Shown: piece by piece, positions 13,396 through 25,547 of the stretch | Layout of the letters: every line of letters starts with the position of its first letter | Position numbering within the stretch: position 1 is the stretch's first letter | Assembly (NCBI GenBank): GCA_021613535.1 | Contig: CP075494.1 | Coordinates: 12,276,001-12,340,000 of the forward strand | From: Adineta vaga | Lineage: Eukaryota; Animalia; Rotifera | Length of the DNA stretch: 64,000 nt | Direction of reading: 5' to 3' | Notes under the pieces: generated by a model | The model's input: only the letters and a program-made list of their open reading frames with translations | The model's database searches: none | What the model was told of the DNA's origin: nothing | Position numbers and translations under genes: made by a program

Positions 13396-14020
13396 GATTA
13401 ATTGTACAATTGATCAAAATTTTATAGAATTCATTCAAAAATCTTTTGTATAGACAATATACGATTCTTCTATTGGACATAAGGAAAGAACCAACCAGAT
13501 AACATTGAAATAGGTGATGTATGTAAACTGGCTTAAGAAGAGAGAATTCTTTTGATTGAAGACAGATTTTTAAGAAAAAATGACTTTGTTGAATAGTTAG
13601 AAATTCAATTTTATCGATCGTATTTTGTGGCTAGGAAACATTAGTTAAATAATGAGATATTCGACTATAACTGCAGGTGTCGGTGAAAACTCTAAGATAC
13701 TAAGCAAGTAAATGAAGGTAATAAAAACCCGTGCCTTAGATGTATGCGATGGGTCAGAGTGAAGGGCTGACACGCTTAACAATGTTCACCCTCAAGATGC
13801 TTATATCATCTCATTCTTTAAATGATGAATTATGAAGAGTTAAAATCTTCGTATCATAGATAAAGAAAAATATAGTATATATAACTCTATCAGTTGAAAC
13901 AAGATATTGCACCATCAAGACAAATAGTTGTGAAATGACTACAACTGATAGTGATATGCATATATATATATAGAGGGAGAAATAGTAAAATTCGTATTAT
14001 AAAGTTTTTCTATATAGAGA

Positions 14021-15031
14021 ATGAGTACAAAGTCAATTGATTGTGAATTAATCGCTAATGATCTCAATGAACCAATATCAATACAACTAAATGAAGAACA
14101 GAATGCTCTTTTTGTATTAACAAATCATCAATTAACACGAATTGATTTAAATAAAAAAGAAGACAATATCGAATTGGTTTATCAACATAAAAGAAAATTG
14201 GAAGAGGAGGACGAAGAATATTCTCAAGGTGAATCGGATGAAGAGAATCGTGTTGAAGATCCATTTGAAGATAGTGAACCATCAACAGATGATGATGAAG
14301 ATAAAATAACAAATCGAAGAAATTGGCGACGATATGGATATCGTATTTATCAATTAGATAATCCTTGTTCAATACTATACTTACATGAAAGCAATCAATT
14401 CATTGTTTTAAACGAAGGTGTTATCAGTTTTCTAGCAATTGAACTTGAAAACAATCGACCGTTTGTTCAACGGGCATCAAAAAATATTTTTTGTTATGAT
14501 TATGATATCTTTAAATCAAATGATACAACAAGACAAAGTATTCAACCATGGTCAATTACAACAACATCTATCAAAGATTATTTTATTTTTAGTTTACTTG
14601 ATAAATCTGAACTCTATTCACTGGATATGCGAAATGAAAATATTCAAATTGAAAAATTTACTTCAACAAATATTAACTACTGTCCATATTTACTTTTTTA
14701 TCATCAATCCAATCAAATATTTATTTATGATTCAACACAAATTGTTGTTGCATCAATTGATGATAAAACATCAAGTAAAATTGATTTTCCATTCATTGAA
14801 CAAGGAAAAGGAATATCAACTATGACTATAGACAAATCAGGACTGATTTATATCTTATCTGATTCAATTATTTATAAATGTAATTATCAAGAATTAAAAT
14901 TAAATCTTATTGAATGTTTAGGAAAACTTAATGTAACAATGAATTCTTCTCAAATGATTGTCAAAAATCAAGGATATGAATTTTATATATCCAATTTTCA
15001 AACTTCATCTGTTTATCGTTTCCAAGCATAA
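14021..15031 (+). CDS. Intronless NHL/SMP-30-like six-bladed beta-propeller protein with an acidic insert
   Basis: 336-aa ORF with about six blade-like repeats (LNEPISIQL..ALFV; LDNPCSILY..QFIV; QPWSITT..YFIF; CPYLLFY..QIFI; GISTMTIDKSGLIYI; SQMIV..EFYIS) and a D/E-rich loop after blade 1. Confidence 0.55.
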   Translation: MSTKSIDCELIANDLNEPISIQLNEEQNALFVLTNHQLTRIDLNKKEDNIELVYQHKRKLEEEDEEYSQGESDEENRVEDPFEDSEPSTDDDEDKITNRRNWRRYGYRIYQLDNPCSILYLHESNQFIVLNEGVISFLAIELENNRPFVQRASKNIFCYDYDIFKSNDTTRQSIQPWSITTTSIKDYFIFSLLDKSELYSLDMRNENIQIEKFTSTNINYCPYLLFYHQSNQIFIYDSTQIVVASIDDKTSSKIDFPFIEQGKGISTMTIDKSGLIYILSDSIIYKCNYQELKLNLIECLGKLNVTMNSSQMIVKNQGYEFYISNFQTSSVYRFQA

Positions 15032-15389
15032 TAAGAATATCTGACATTCATAAAAACAAAATAGAGATTGACATCTATATTTCTGATTTGTTCTTGACCG
15101 ATCCATCTGTCTTTTCTTTTGAATATATTCGTTATTGTGCTGAAATATTATACAGCTTTGTAAAAAAAAAGAAAAGAATTGGTAGCCATTATCATTATTC
15201 ATATATCTGATAAGAATAATTTCCTTTTTTTGCTAAATACAAGCATCATATTTGAATTGATAAAAATATTTTTGCCAGTTTCATTATCAAGATTGTTCTA
15301 TTTGATTCTAATGTTGACTGGGCAAATTCTTTTCGTTTTCTGTAAACAGATGAAATTTGTTTTGCAAATTATTCGAGTAATAATTTAGT

Positions 15390-16390
15390 ACAATTAATCC
15401 TCGTTTAGATGATTTGTGCTTAACGAAATAAAGAGAAACAATGCCATCATGCTTTCAGTATGATAAATATTGAATTGAATATGTCATAACAATATTCTAT
15501 ATGAAGATTGTCAATGTACCGTTGTATTAGATTGTCTCAATATTTCGTCCTCGTGTTTATCAATAATTAATATGGTGCGACTTTAGGAGCATCGTATTAT
15601 TGGGTTCCTTCGTGTCTTTTTATTATTATGTCGAAGAGCTAAAGTATTGAATATGATATATCTTTTGTTAGATTTTCGATATTGTATTCGGTTCGATCAA
15701 AATAAAACACGAATTCATAGGTAAACTCTGGCTATCCAAATGGGACAACTGGATGCACTAATGTAATTCATATTTCTAGTGTACAATAGTTTACATGTTG
15801 TCATGATGAAAATCTCACTAACTGTACGTGTTATAAAAATTAAACTCATAAACTAAACTAAGGTTTACATCAATCATTTTCTTTATATTCATAAGTTTTA
15901 TCAAAGGCAACATCCTATTTTGTTTGTACTGATTAATACTTCAAATGATTCAACCTTCGGAACGATGTTATGTAAGTTTACTGGAGATTCTTTCTATAAT
16001 TTTTCTATATATTCTATACGTTTATTGTGGTCAAAGAACGTACGATATTTTTACACAGGAAAACGTGCGGAAGATGGGATTCAATCAGTTGCAAATTGTA
16101 GCAATATTTCTTCTTTAGGTGATCTTTTTGAAGAATTTGAATGGGAAACAAAAGAAAGGAGAGTGATAATCGACTTCTGAAAATGGATAAAATATTGATC
16201 AATCCTTTTCTCAACTATTCACTTATATTGATAATGAATAAGTATAAAATACTATGAAAAACTCGGCAAAGAAAAACTAATTGTTCACATTTCCAGTGTC
16301 TCCTTTCAAACAAATTCATGCTTTATTTGTATTGCCATTTATATGATTCCTTCGACAAAGGTGGGAAAAATATCTCAAACTTTCGTACAG
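15390..16390 (+). pseudogene. Decayed fragment of an ionotropic glutamate receptor (AMPA/kainate-like) amino-terminal domain
   Basis: Collinear peptides INPRLDDL..SCFQLSQ, KFYQRQHPILFV, DLFEEFEWETKERRVIIDF and FDKGGKNISNFR echo GluA ATD segments (L.PHID.L..FCSQ.S; EYYQW..F; LFQDLE.KKERRVILD; GGANVSGF). In-frame stops occur (e.g. TAA 15568-15570, TGA 16178-16180), and no ligand-binding or TM exons follow. Confidence 0.5.
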
Positions 16391-16864
16391 GATTTTCCTC
16401 CCAAATATCAATCCTGCTATCTGCAAAATAATTTGCTCTAATATTTTGAACAGGTGAAAAACTTATTTAAAAATCAGAATTTTTTCTCAAAACTAGCACG
16501 ACGATGTTCATCTCCCCCAGCTGGTATTTTATGGTTCTGTTCTTGCATACATTTTTTCGACAGTTTGCTTTGTCAGTATGTGAAAATACAAGTAGAAGAA
16601 GAATTCCGCTATTTCACATATTGAAGTGTCTGAACAAACGAAATTTATAGTTGTTATGTCGTTATAAATCGACAAAGGTTAATATATTATGTTGGAAAAA
16701 AATCATCAAAGGTCATCCGATAAAAATAACAAAGACGAGATGACCAGAGAAAAAAACTTCAACAAGACTCCAAAGATGATCCAGGTTAAAGACAAAAAAA
16801 GCACGAAATACGCAAAATCGCTACAGACAACAAGAAAAATATGTAAAAAGATCAATCAGTACTT

Positions 16865-17647
16865 CTATTTCAAATTATATTGTTTCAACAATTCATCGAC
16901 GACATGATTATCAATAGGTTTTTCGTTGACTAAGATTTTCAGGGCTGCAATAAAGTCGGTCTGTTTTCTTGCGAATTCTTGTTCATCCTAAAATAGAAAA
17001 ATACATTAATTGTGGACAAAGTTGAAAATATTATTTCCGTACGATTATTTTTTCAGCCATATTACCTATATATATGGCGTTATATGGAAAGAAAACGATA
17101 TATATATATATGTTGACATAAGCATTTTTTCAATTGACCTCGTCTGTTTTTGAGAGCGAACAAAAGAGAAGAAAGAAAAATTAATATTCAACATTGATAA
17201 CGGACGAGGTCAATTGAAAAAAATACCGATATATTTATATCTTGCTTTCCACGAAACTCAATAAAACTTACCAGAAATTCTGTTGAATCTGTCTCATTGT
17301 TTTGCTGGAAGTTAATAATAATATTATTAATTTTTGGCCAATAGATTTGATTCAATCCTAAAAGGAAGTTTTTGTTATAATCGAGAAACTTTATAATGTA
17401 TCTACCGTCTTCATCAACTTCGGAAATGACTTCGTTCAATGTTTGAGATGACTCGATTCCAATTGAATTTAGGATCATTTCTAAAAATATACTAGTTGAA
17501 GATGGTATTGTCTTTACTTTCATCCATACCAAATTGATCACAAGTGACCCTACGATCATCATTATTAACACCTTGATTTTGAGTCATTTCCAAAAATTTG
17601 CGATTTGCAGCAGAAATTTTCTGTGACACTGTCATAATACCTTCCAT
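16865..17647 (-). CDS. Small degenerate EF-hand/calmodulin-like protein (133 aa, 4 exons)
   Basis: Exons 17647-17530, 17480-17406, 17357-17272 and 16987-16865 join in phase with GT-AG borders and no internal stop. VTCDQFEMILNSIG..TLNEVISEVDEDG resembles the calmodulin/troponin C EF1-EF2 region. Confidence 0.7.
17125..17222. repeat. Inverted repeat (24-bp arms, 1 mismatch, 50-bp spacer); MITE-like or hairpin
   Basis: ttttttcaattgacctcgtctgtt (17125-17148) versus aacggacgaggtcaattgaaaaaa (17199-17222). Confidence 0.85.
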
Positions 17648-20341
17648 CTAAATATGAACAAATAATTCATTCATTGAAAATAATTAATGGTTTCTATTAT
17701 TCTATTTCGTCATTACGAGTATCAAATACAAATATAAAAAATAAAAGAGTGTTTGTAGTTCATATGGACGGCATCATATACCATGGCGATGACTATCATT
17801 ATCGACTAAGAATGATAAGTGACCAGCTATTTCGGTAGTTAATCGAATTTATTCGAAGTGGCGAACAAAATATTATCTGTTTTTCACTGTGATACTAGAA
17901 ATCAACAGAACGAAAAATTATCTATTTCACACACACGACACTTGTTCATATTGTAATAGTAAGGAAGAAAGTAACTGAATGTTGCGAAGCATTAAAATTC
18001 GATTCGAATTGGATTAATAAAAACATTTTTGGTAGATTAATTAAAAAGCTACATGATTCTTGAAAAATCTTTTCTTGAGGGTGTGAGTGTTAGATAAATG
18101 CAGCACCCACTCACACCCCGTCCAAATTCTTATAGGAAATGGACAGTGAAATTCCTATTATCGAAATTCCAGAGAACCGGCGAATTAATTATGATTAATA
18201 TTTCTAAATCTAGATTTCAAATTTGACCGTATCAAGTTATCTTAGCTTGAATATACTGTCTTGCTTCTCATATTTACAAAATGTTCTTTTCATCGTGCCT
18301 CTTGATTATTATCTCCGATGTCGGGATCTTCATCAACTGTTGATGCATCATTAGAAAATTCTTCAACAGTTTCTTCCGTAGTGTTTTGACGTGTTGTTAA
18401 AAGACGAGACATTCTAAATAATTATCCAATGTTAATTGTACGTTTTAAGAAATCATGAAATTGTACTTTGTTTTTTCATATAGTGATGTTGAAAAGAAAT
18501 GTGAGATCTATAAGCGCAATTAAACGTGGAATATAAAAGAATATATCATTACATTCACTCATATATGTATACATATTTTCATTTATACAATTCTGTAAGA
18601 ATTTTTTTCTTCGAATAAAGATGGAATATATTTCATATTGTTTTATATTCGATGTTTTCCATCTACTTTTCAAAATTAGTCGCAAAAATCAAAGATCTTT
18701 TTACAATCTATGTTTTGATTTATATTTTCTTTGCACACGAAAACTATTTATACATTCTTTTGAAATCGGATAAATTCATTTCTGATTGCGTAAAATAATA
18801 GGTTTATATTTATCTTCGAAAATCTCTCATTTTCGATTAACTCAGAGAACAAGAAAATATTCAGCGTTAGTGAAAAGTATACTTCCTATTATTCATTTTC
18901 CTTTGCCTTTTCTTTTCGCACTCCTCTTCTCATCCTTTCTGTTATTTTCAACTTTATTTTTCTGAAAAGATTTAAAACAATTTCATAAGATTTTACAAAA
19001 TTGACATATTAGATTTAAAGATTTTTTTCATAAAAATTCACATAATATCGTTGAGATCATCTTCCAATTAATTATATTTTACCATCTAAATAAATTTATT
19101 CACATCATACAAATCTCTATAGAAGAAAGAAAACCATATATCGTGTAATCAATTGTCTCTCTATAAATTGAATACTTTTTATTAATTATTAATATCATAA
19201 GATATTTGAAGAATATAGAATTGAGAACTAGAAAGCTTCTGATATATCAATTGATAAAGAAGAACTTATAAAACATAGAATTAACAATGAATCAAATCAT
19301 ATATTCGAGTCGTTCTTCATTAGGTTTTTATTTAAGAATAACTCTTTGTATTGAGAGATGACCATATGCTAATGCATATAAAAATATTTCATCGGTATTC
19401 TCATTGTAATGGTGATAAGTAAGGTGTATATTGATAGTTTTACTAATCCATCGTCATATCTATGTATATTGTTGTAGAAAAAATCAGAATAATGGTGAAA
19501 ACTGATGTGAATAGTACATTTACCGCTTAACCCCATTCACATCCTTATCCACCTTTTGAACAAGGTTGATTTATATAGTTCATATTCTCTGACGACACGT
19601 TCCACCTGAGTAGATTATAATATGTGCTTGCGTATCAAGTATCAATGCTCTATTTCTGTTTGAATAACATGACTCATAAATTAACTCATTGTGTGATATA
19701 ACAAACTCCTTATTTGCACTCAGAAAATTTTTGTTTTTCTTTAAGAGAACATTGACAAGTTGCAATTTCTGTAAACGAATCCTATAATGATCAACAGATA
19801 TTATTACTGTACTTGATAAATCAATGAAATTGTGCAAACTACAACTTTATCTTCTATTGTTTTATCATTTTGAACCACGTCTTTTGATGAAAAAATGGCA
19901 ACTACAGTGTGTAAACTCTATTCAAAATCGACAATTTCATCTGCAATACAAAACAAAAACTATTGTTTAATATGAATAATCAATGTCACTTTGTATTCGA
20001 ATAATCTTAAACAAATATTAATTGCCTATCGAAAAGAAAAAGTAATATTCAACTAAACATCTGTCAGATGGAAAAATCGAGAGTTTTAAATTAAAAAAAG
20101 TTCTTTTGTCAAATAAATATTTATTTCTTCGATCTTTGACATTGACACACAAGCAAATTTTTCGATTGGTGGAAATCAGTTCACCAATCATAAGCAATTT
20201 GCGAGAAATGGAAAGAATGAAAGTGCACGCACGTACATAAATAATAAATATAAATAGGAACGGAACAAAAAGAAAGAAAGAATTAGGTAAGTTGATTTTC
20301 GTTAATGTTCAAATCTAATTATATTCTTTATAAAAGAACTA

Positions 20342-23300
20342 ATGGCAGAATCACCTTCATCAGATGTACTAGATGAATTTTTAGTTAATGATGGTGATGA
20401 TGATGATGATGATGAAGACGATGATGAGAATACACATTCAAATGAAGACAATGATCAAACAACTCTTGTAGCAAATCTTTCACCAACAAATGGATTAAAA
20501 CTGAAAATCAAAAAACGTAAACATGAACAATCATCTCATAGTAAACAAACGAAAAAGAAGAAAAAATCAAAATCACAACCAACTTATATGCGTCGAAATA
20601 TTCGTAATTTATTTACAAATGATAAACTACAAGGTGACACATTATCAGCATTACAAGCTGAACAAGATCGATTAAAACGATTAGAAGAAACTAATCAACA
20701 ATTTCAAACTGTTTATACTCATGCACCAACGCAATCTTTTCAAGTGTCAGCAATCCCAAAACCTAATGAAGAAGAATGCATTGTTCTTGACGATGATGAT
20801 GATGATGATGATGATGATAATGCTGAAGATGAAACGAAAAATGTACTCATGAAACAAAATAATGATTCAGGTTTGTTATTTGAATTCATTTATATTTTAA
20901 GAGAAATTTTTCATTTTAAAAGAATATCCTTCAACAAAAGAAGTAATAGATACAAATGAAAATAGCAATGATTCAGATGTCCAATGTGTTGATAGTGATA
21001 CAGAAATAGTTAATGATAAATTAACACAAAAATTACAACGATTGCATCTTGATGATCGAGTTAATGTACCAGATGAGAATGGTAAGTTATTCGATGATAG
21101 AAACATAGAAAGAAAAAAAAAACTTCATACTTAGGTGATATTCTGGTTAATGTCAATCATCCAAGTGATGATCCTGATTTGTACATACCAAAACATCTTT
21201 GTTTTGATCTTAAACCACATCAAATTGGTGGAATACGTTTTATGTATGATAATATCATTGAATCTCTTCAACGTTTTAAAACAACACGTGGTCTTGGTTG
21301 TATTCTTGCACATGCCATGGGTTGTGGAAAAACTGTACAAGTATTTATTCATCGAAATTTTTTTCTTTTTCAAATTCTTCTATTCAATTCAAATAGGTTA
21401 TCACATTTATCGATATTTTCTTGAAATATACAGCAGCAAAATCAGTCCTTATTGTTGTACCAATCAATACAATACAAAATTGGTCAAACGAATTTAATCG
21501 TTGGTGTCCAGTAGATAATCCAAATCTTGAATATAAACGTTTATTTCAATTGTATATATTAAATGAAACATCGAAAAAAGCTACACAACGTGCTAAAATT
21601 GTACAAAATTGGTCACAATCTGGTGGCGTACTGATTCTTGGTTATGAAATGTTTCGGTTAATGATAATGAAAAAAAATTCCCAAACAAATGCATCGACAA
21701 GAAATAGTAATGCAAATAAACTAATTCTACAAGGACCTACAACACCAGTTATTGTCGATCTCGAAGAAGAAGAGAAGAATTTTGAAACTATGGAAGGTAA
21801 GAATATTACAATCAATATTAAATAGATCGTACCGAATCTGTAGATGACTAATACATCCAGAACCGTTTTTGAAACCATAGGAAACATTTTTTTACGAAAA
21901 TATTATCGAATATTCTTAATGTTAGTCTGAGGTCATTGAGTATACTATGGAATCGATTAATAAACGTAGTAACCAATTTTGAACTTTTAGATATCCGCAA
22001 TGCATTACTTACACCAGATCTTGTTATTTGTGATGAAGGTCATCGAATTAAAAATCATCAAGCAAGTGTTGCTATTGCTCTTAAATCAATTCGTACACCG
22101 TTTGTTTCTTTTCTTTTTTTTTTGTATGTTAAAAATTAATATTTGATATTCATTTCTTCTAGTCGTCGAATTGTTCTCACTGGTTATCCACTACAAAATA
22201 ATCTCATCGGTAACTTTTCTTTTCTTTCTTAATTTTCAAAAAATAATGTTTTCTTTACTTGATAGAATATTGGTGTATGGTGGATTTTGTTCGTCCAAAT
22301 TATCTTGGTAGTAAATTAGAATTTTGCAATATGTTCGAACGTCCTATTCTAAATGGTCAATGTATTGATTCGACACCAGAAGATCGAAAAATCATGCGTG
22401 CACGTGCTCATGTTTTACATAGTTTACTTGAAGGTTTTATTCAAAGACGTGGTCATGATGTTCTTCAATGTGATCTACCACCAAAAACAGAATATGTTAT
22501 TCTATTGAAATTATCAAATGTTCAAAGACAATTATATATGAAATTTCTTGAAGCTATTGGTGCCTTATCGAATCTATCAGAGAAAACATTAAATCCATTG
22601 CGAGCATTTGCTATTTGTTGCAAAGTAATAACGAAAACAAAAAATAGATCTGAAAATGTGTACTTTTTCTGTTTTTTGTAGATCTGGAATCATCCTGATG
22701 TTTTACATAAATTTGTTCGTGATCGTCAAGAAGGTTCAGAAGTCGATTTTGATCTTGAATTAGAACAAAATTCAGCAAGTAAAACACCAACTAACAATAG
22801 AACGCGATTGAATAATCGTGCATCTGTAAATATTCGTCCATCATCACAAGTACCCAATCCATATGAACCTCAAGCAACGATATATCCAATTGAAAAAAAA
22901 GAATTTGACTATGATTTTGTAAGTTCAACATTTCGTTAAACAAATATTCAGAGATATGGTTTTCATTTTCAGGCAAATTCAATTTTAAATTCATATATTT
23001 GTGGTCAATTAACTAATGGGATTAAATTTAATTTAACTCTAACAATATTGAACCTGTGTATAGAAGCTGGAGACAAAGTTTTGATCTTCAGGTATCAATT
23101 TTTCACTTCAACTTTAAAAAAAAATAGAAAAATTAATACGCATTTTTCTTCTGTAGTCAAAGTTTATTGTCATTGAATAAACTTGAAGAATTTCTTGTTC
23201 AACGTCAAATACCAAATTCAGATCAAAAATGGGAAAAGAATGTGAACTATTATCGTAAGTTATATCTCTATTCGAATGATAATTTATTTCTAATAACACA

Positions 23301-25023
23301 ATTCGATTTTGTTACTTAGGACTTGATGGTGGCACAAGTAGTCTCGAACGGGAACGATTGATTAATGCATTTAATGCACCTAATTCTAATGCGAAGTTAT
23401 TTTTGTTATCCACACGGTAAAACTCTTAAATAAGAAAAACTGACTCTTAAAATCTTATTTTTTCTGTTTTCTCAATAGTGCGGGTTGTCTTGGAATAAAT
23501 TTAATTGCCGCAAATCGTGTGATTGTTATGGATGTATCATGGAATCCATGTTTAGATGCTCAAGCTGTTTGTCGTGTGTATCGATATGGACAAAAACGAC
23601 ATTGTTACATCTATCGATTAATTGCTGATTTTACAATGGAAAAACGTATTTATGATCGTCAGATAGCGAAGCAAGGTATGTCTGATCGGGTAGTGGATGA
23701 AATGCAACCACAAAATCAATTTACAAGGAATGAAGTCGAAAACTTGCTCCATTTTGCGGTAAAAATATTTGTTGATTATTATGATAAATCTAGGAAACGT
23801 TTTTTTTAGACTGAAGAAGAACTACCTGCTCCAGATTTAGTTGAGAAAATTGATGAAATAACAAATGATCCAGTTTTGAAAACGGCATGCATAGAGTTTG
23901 CACAATCAATAACGAAAATTCCATTTACACATGAATCTCTACTGTGTGATCGTAAAGAATATCAAATGACATCAGCAGAAAAACGTCGTGCTGAAAAAGA
24001 ATATCATGATGAAAAACGAATGAATGCTTTTTCATATCGTTCAAGATTTCATCCATCACGATCGTAACATTCATTTATTCTTCTGATTCAAATTTCAATT
24101 TCATCTAATCTATCTTTAGATATTCTCGATTATTCAATGATTATGAATCACGTTCATTTATACATTCTTCACCATCAACATCTTCTCTGGAATCTCGCTT
24201 TCCATTGTATCAGCCATTACAATCGACAGCCTCAATGACACCATTACCTCATCATATACAACAGCAATCAACAGATGATAAATTAGAACAATTAAAACAA
24301 CATGGAATATCTGTACAACCAATTTTACTAAAAAGTCGTAAGTGATCAATCATGAGACATGTAATAAATAAGAAGAATAACAATAATTTATTTGTCTTTG
24401 TTTTAGCATTACAAGTTCAATTGAATGCAACAGAACGTGAACTTATTCCATCGGGTGTACGTATTCATGTTATAAAAGGATCTCGTGGTTCGTATATTCG
24501 AACACCTGATGGTAAATTCTTTGCTGTTCGTCAACCATCATCACTCATATCTGGAAATGATCGAAAACTGCCTACAATGCTTCCGCCACATCGACATCCA
24601 ACGCTAGCATCTAACCCAATCGATCAATATTTATTTAGTAAATTCCCATCTATAAAAAAACTCTAGTATTCTATTTTTGAATATTCTATAGATCCATCAC
24701 CACCTATTCAATCTTCAACATCATCATTAATGAATGATATGAATGATATGATTGATTTAAATAATGAAATTGATTTATTAATTGATGATACACCACCTAA
24801 TTCGACTCTTGCTCCTGTATCTTTTCAACCTTCTCAAACATCATCTTCATCGTCAGCTTTTGATGATCTCTCTTCATGGCATAGTGATTATTTTCAACAA
24901 CCAAATTTTTATTCCGATTTTTTCCCTAATAATTCAAGTTTATCCATGTTATCACCATCAACAAACATCGACACTGATAACAGTACGAATGGTTTTACAT
25001 CAAATGCTTTAACATTTATGTAA
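20342..25023 (+). CDS. RAD54L2: SNF2-family helicase ARIP4 / RAD54-like 2 (ATRX-related)
   Basis: MRRNIRNL N-terminal motif; [33 protein letters not shown] (Walker A); DEGHRIKN; [10 protein letters not shown]; [15 protein letters not shown]; [19 protein letters not shown]. Many short introns, plus a 5' UTR intron at 20287-20336. Confidence 0.92.
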
Positions 25024-25547
25024 ATTTTCCTTCTCTGACATTGTTTGTATTTCGCAATGAAATTTATCTATCAACATTGCATCTGTAAAATCTATTTTTC
25101 TTCTTCTTTTCATACAGGTCTATTGAATCTATAAATATGAATCCCATACAGATTTAGGCATATATATTATTGTTGTTTCTTTTTTTCTTCATTTTCTTTT
25201 TCTTTCCCTCGAACATTTATTTGTTATTTCTTGTAATGTTTCGTATTTATGGTTTTCCTTTTCTCTTCATATCAAACGACAGGAAACAAACTATAATATA
25301 AATATACACAAGAGTATGTATATGAAACAATCATTCAAATTCTCTCAGTCGATGATAGAAATAATTTAAAGTGTTTACTTTTGAATATACACAAAGAAAA
25401 CTTCAAAGCAATACGAACTTACATTTTTCTTTCATATGAGTCAGTAATAATATAAAATAAAGATAAGTAAAGAATGATAAGATGAAATATTTCTTAATGT
25501 TACATCTTGTCATCTGATTCTTTTATTTCGAGAATTTATTTTGAGAG

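Noticed and set aside
13660-13800. Moderately GC-rich stretch with small stems, considered as tRNA or other ncRNA
   Set aside because: No cloverleaf, A/B boxes, Sm site or hammerhead core recognisable.
18290-18412. 40-codon acidic ORF on the minus strand preceded by an acceptor (MSRLLTTRQN...)
   Set aside because: Too short, with no recognisable family or continuation.
19580-19837. ORF with faint bulb-lectin-like pattern (LILDTQAHIIIYSGG...RI*T)
   Set aside because: Lacks the QxDxNxVxY motif; similarity too weak.
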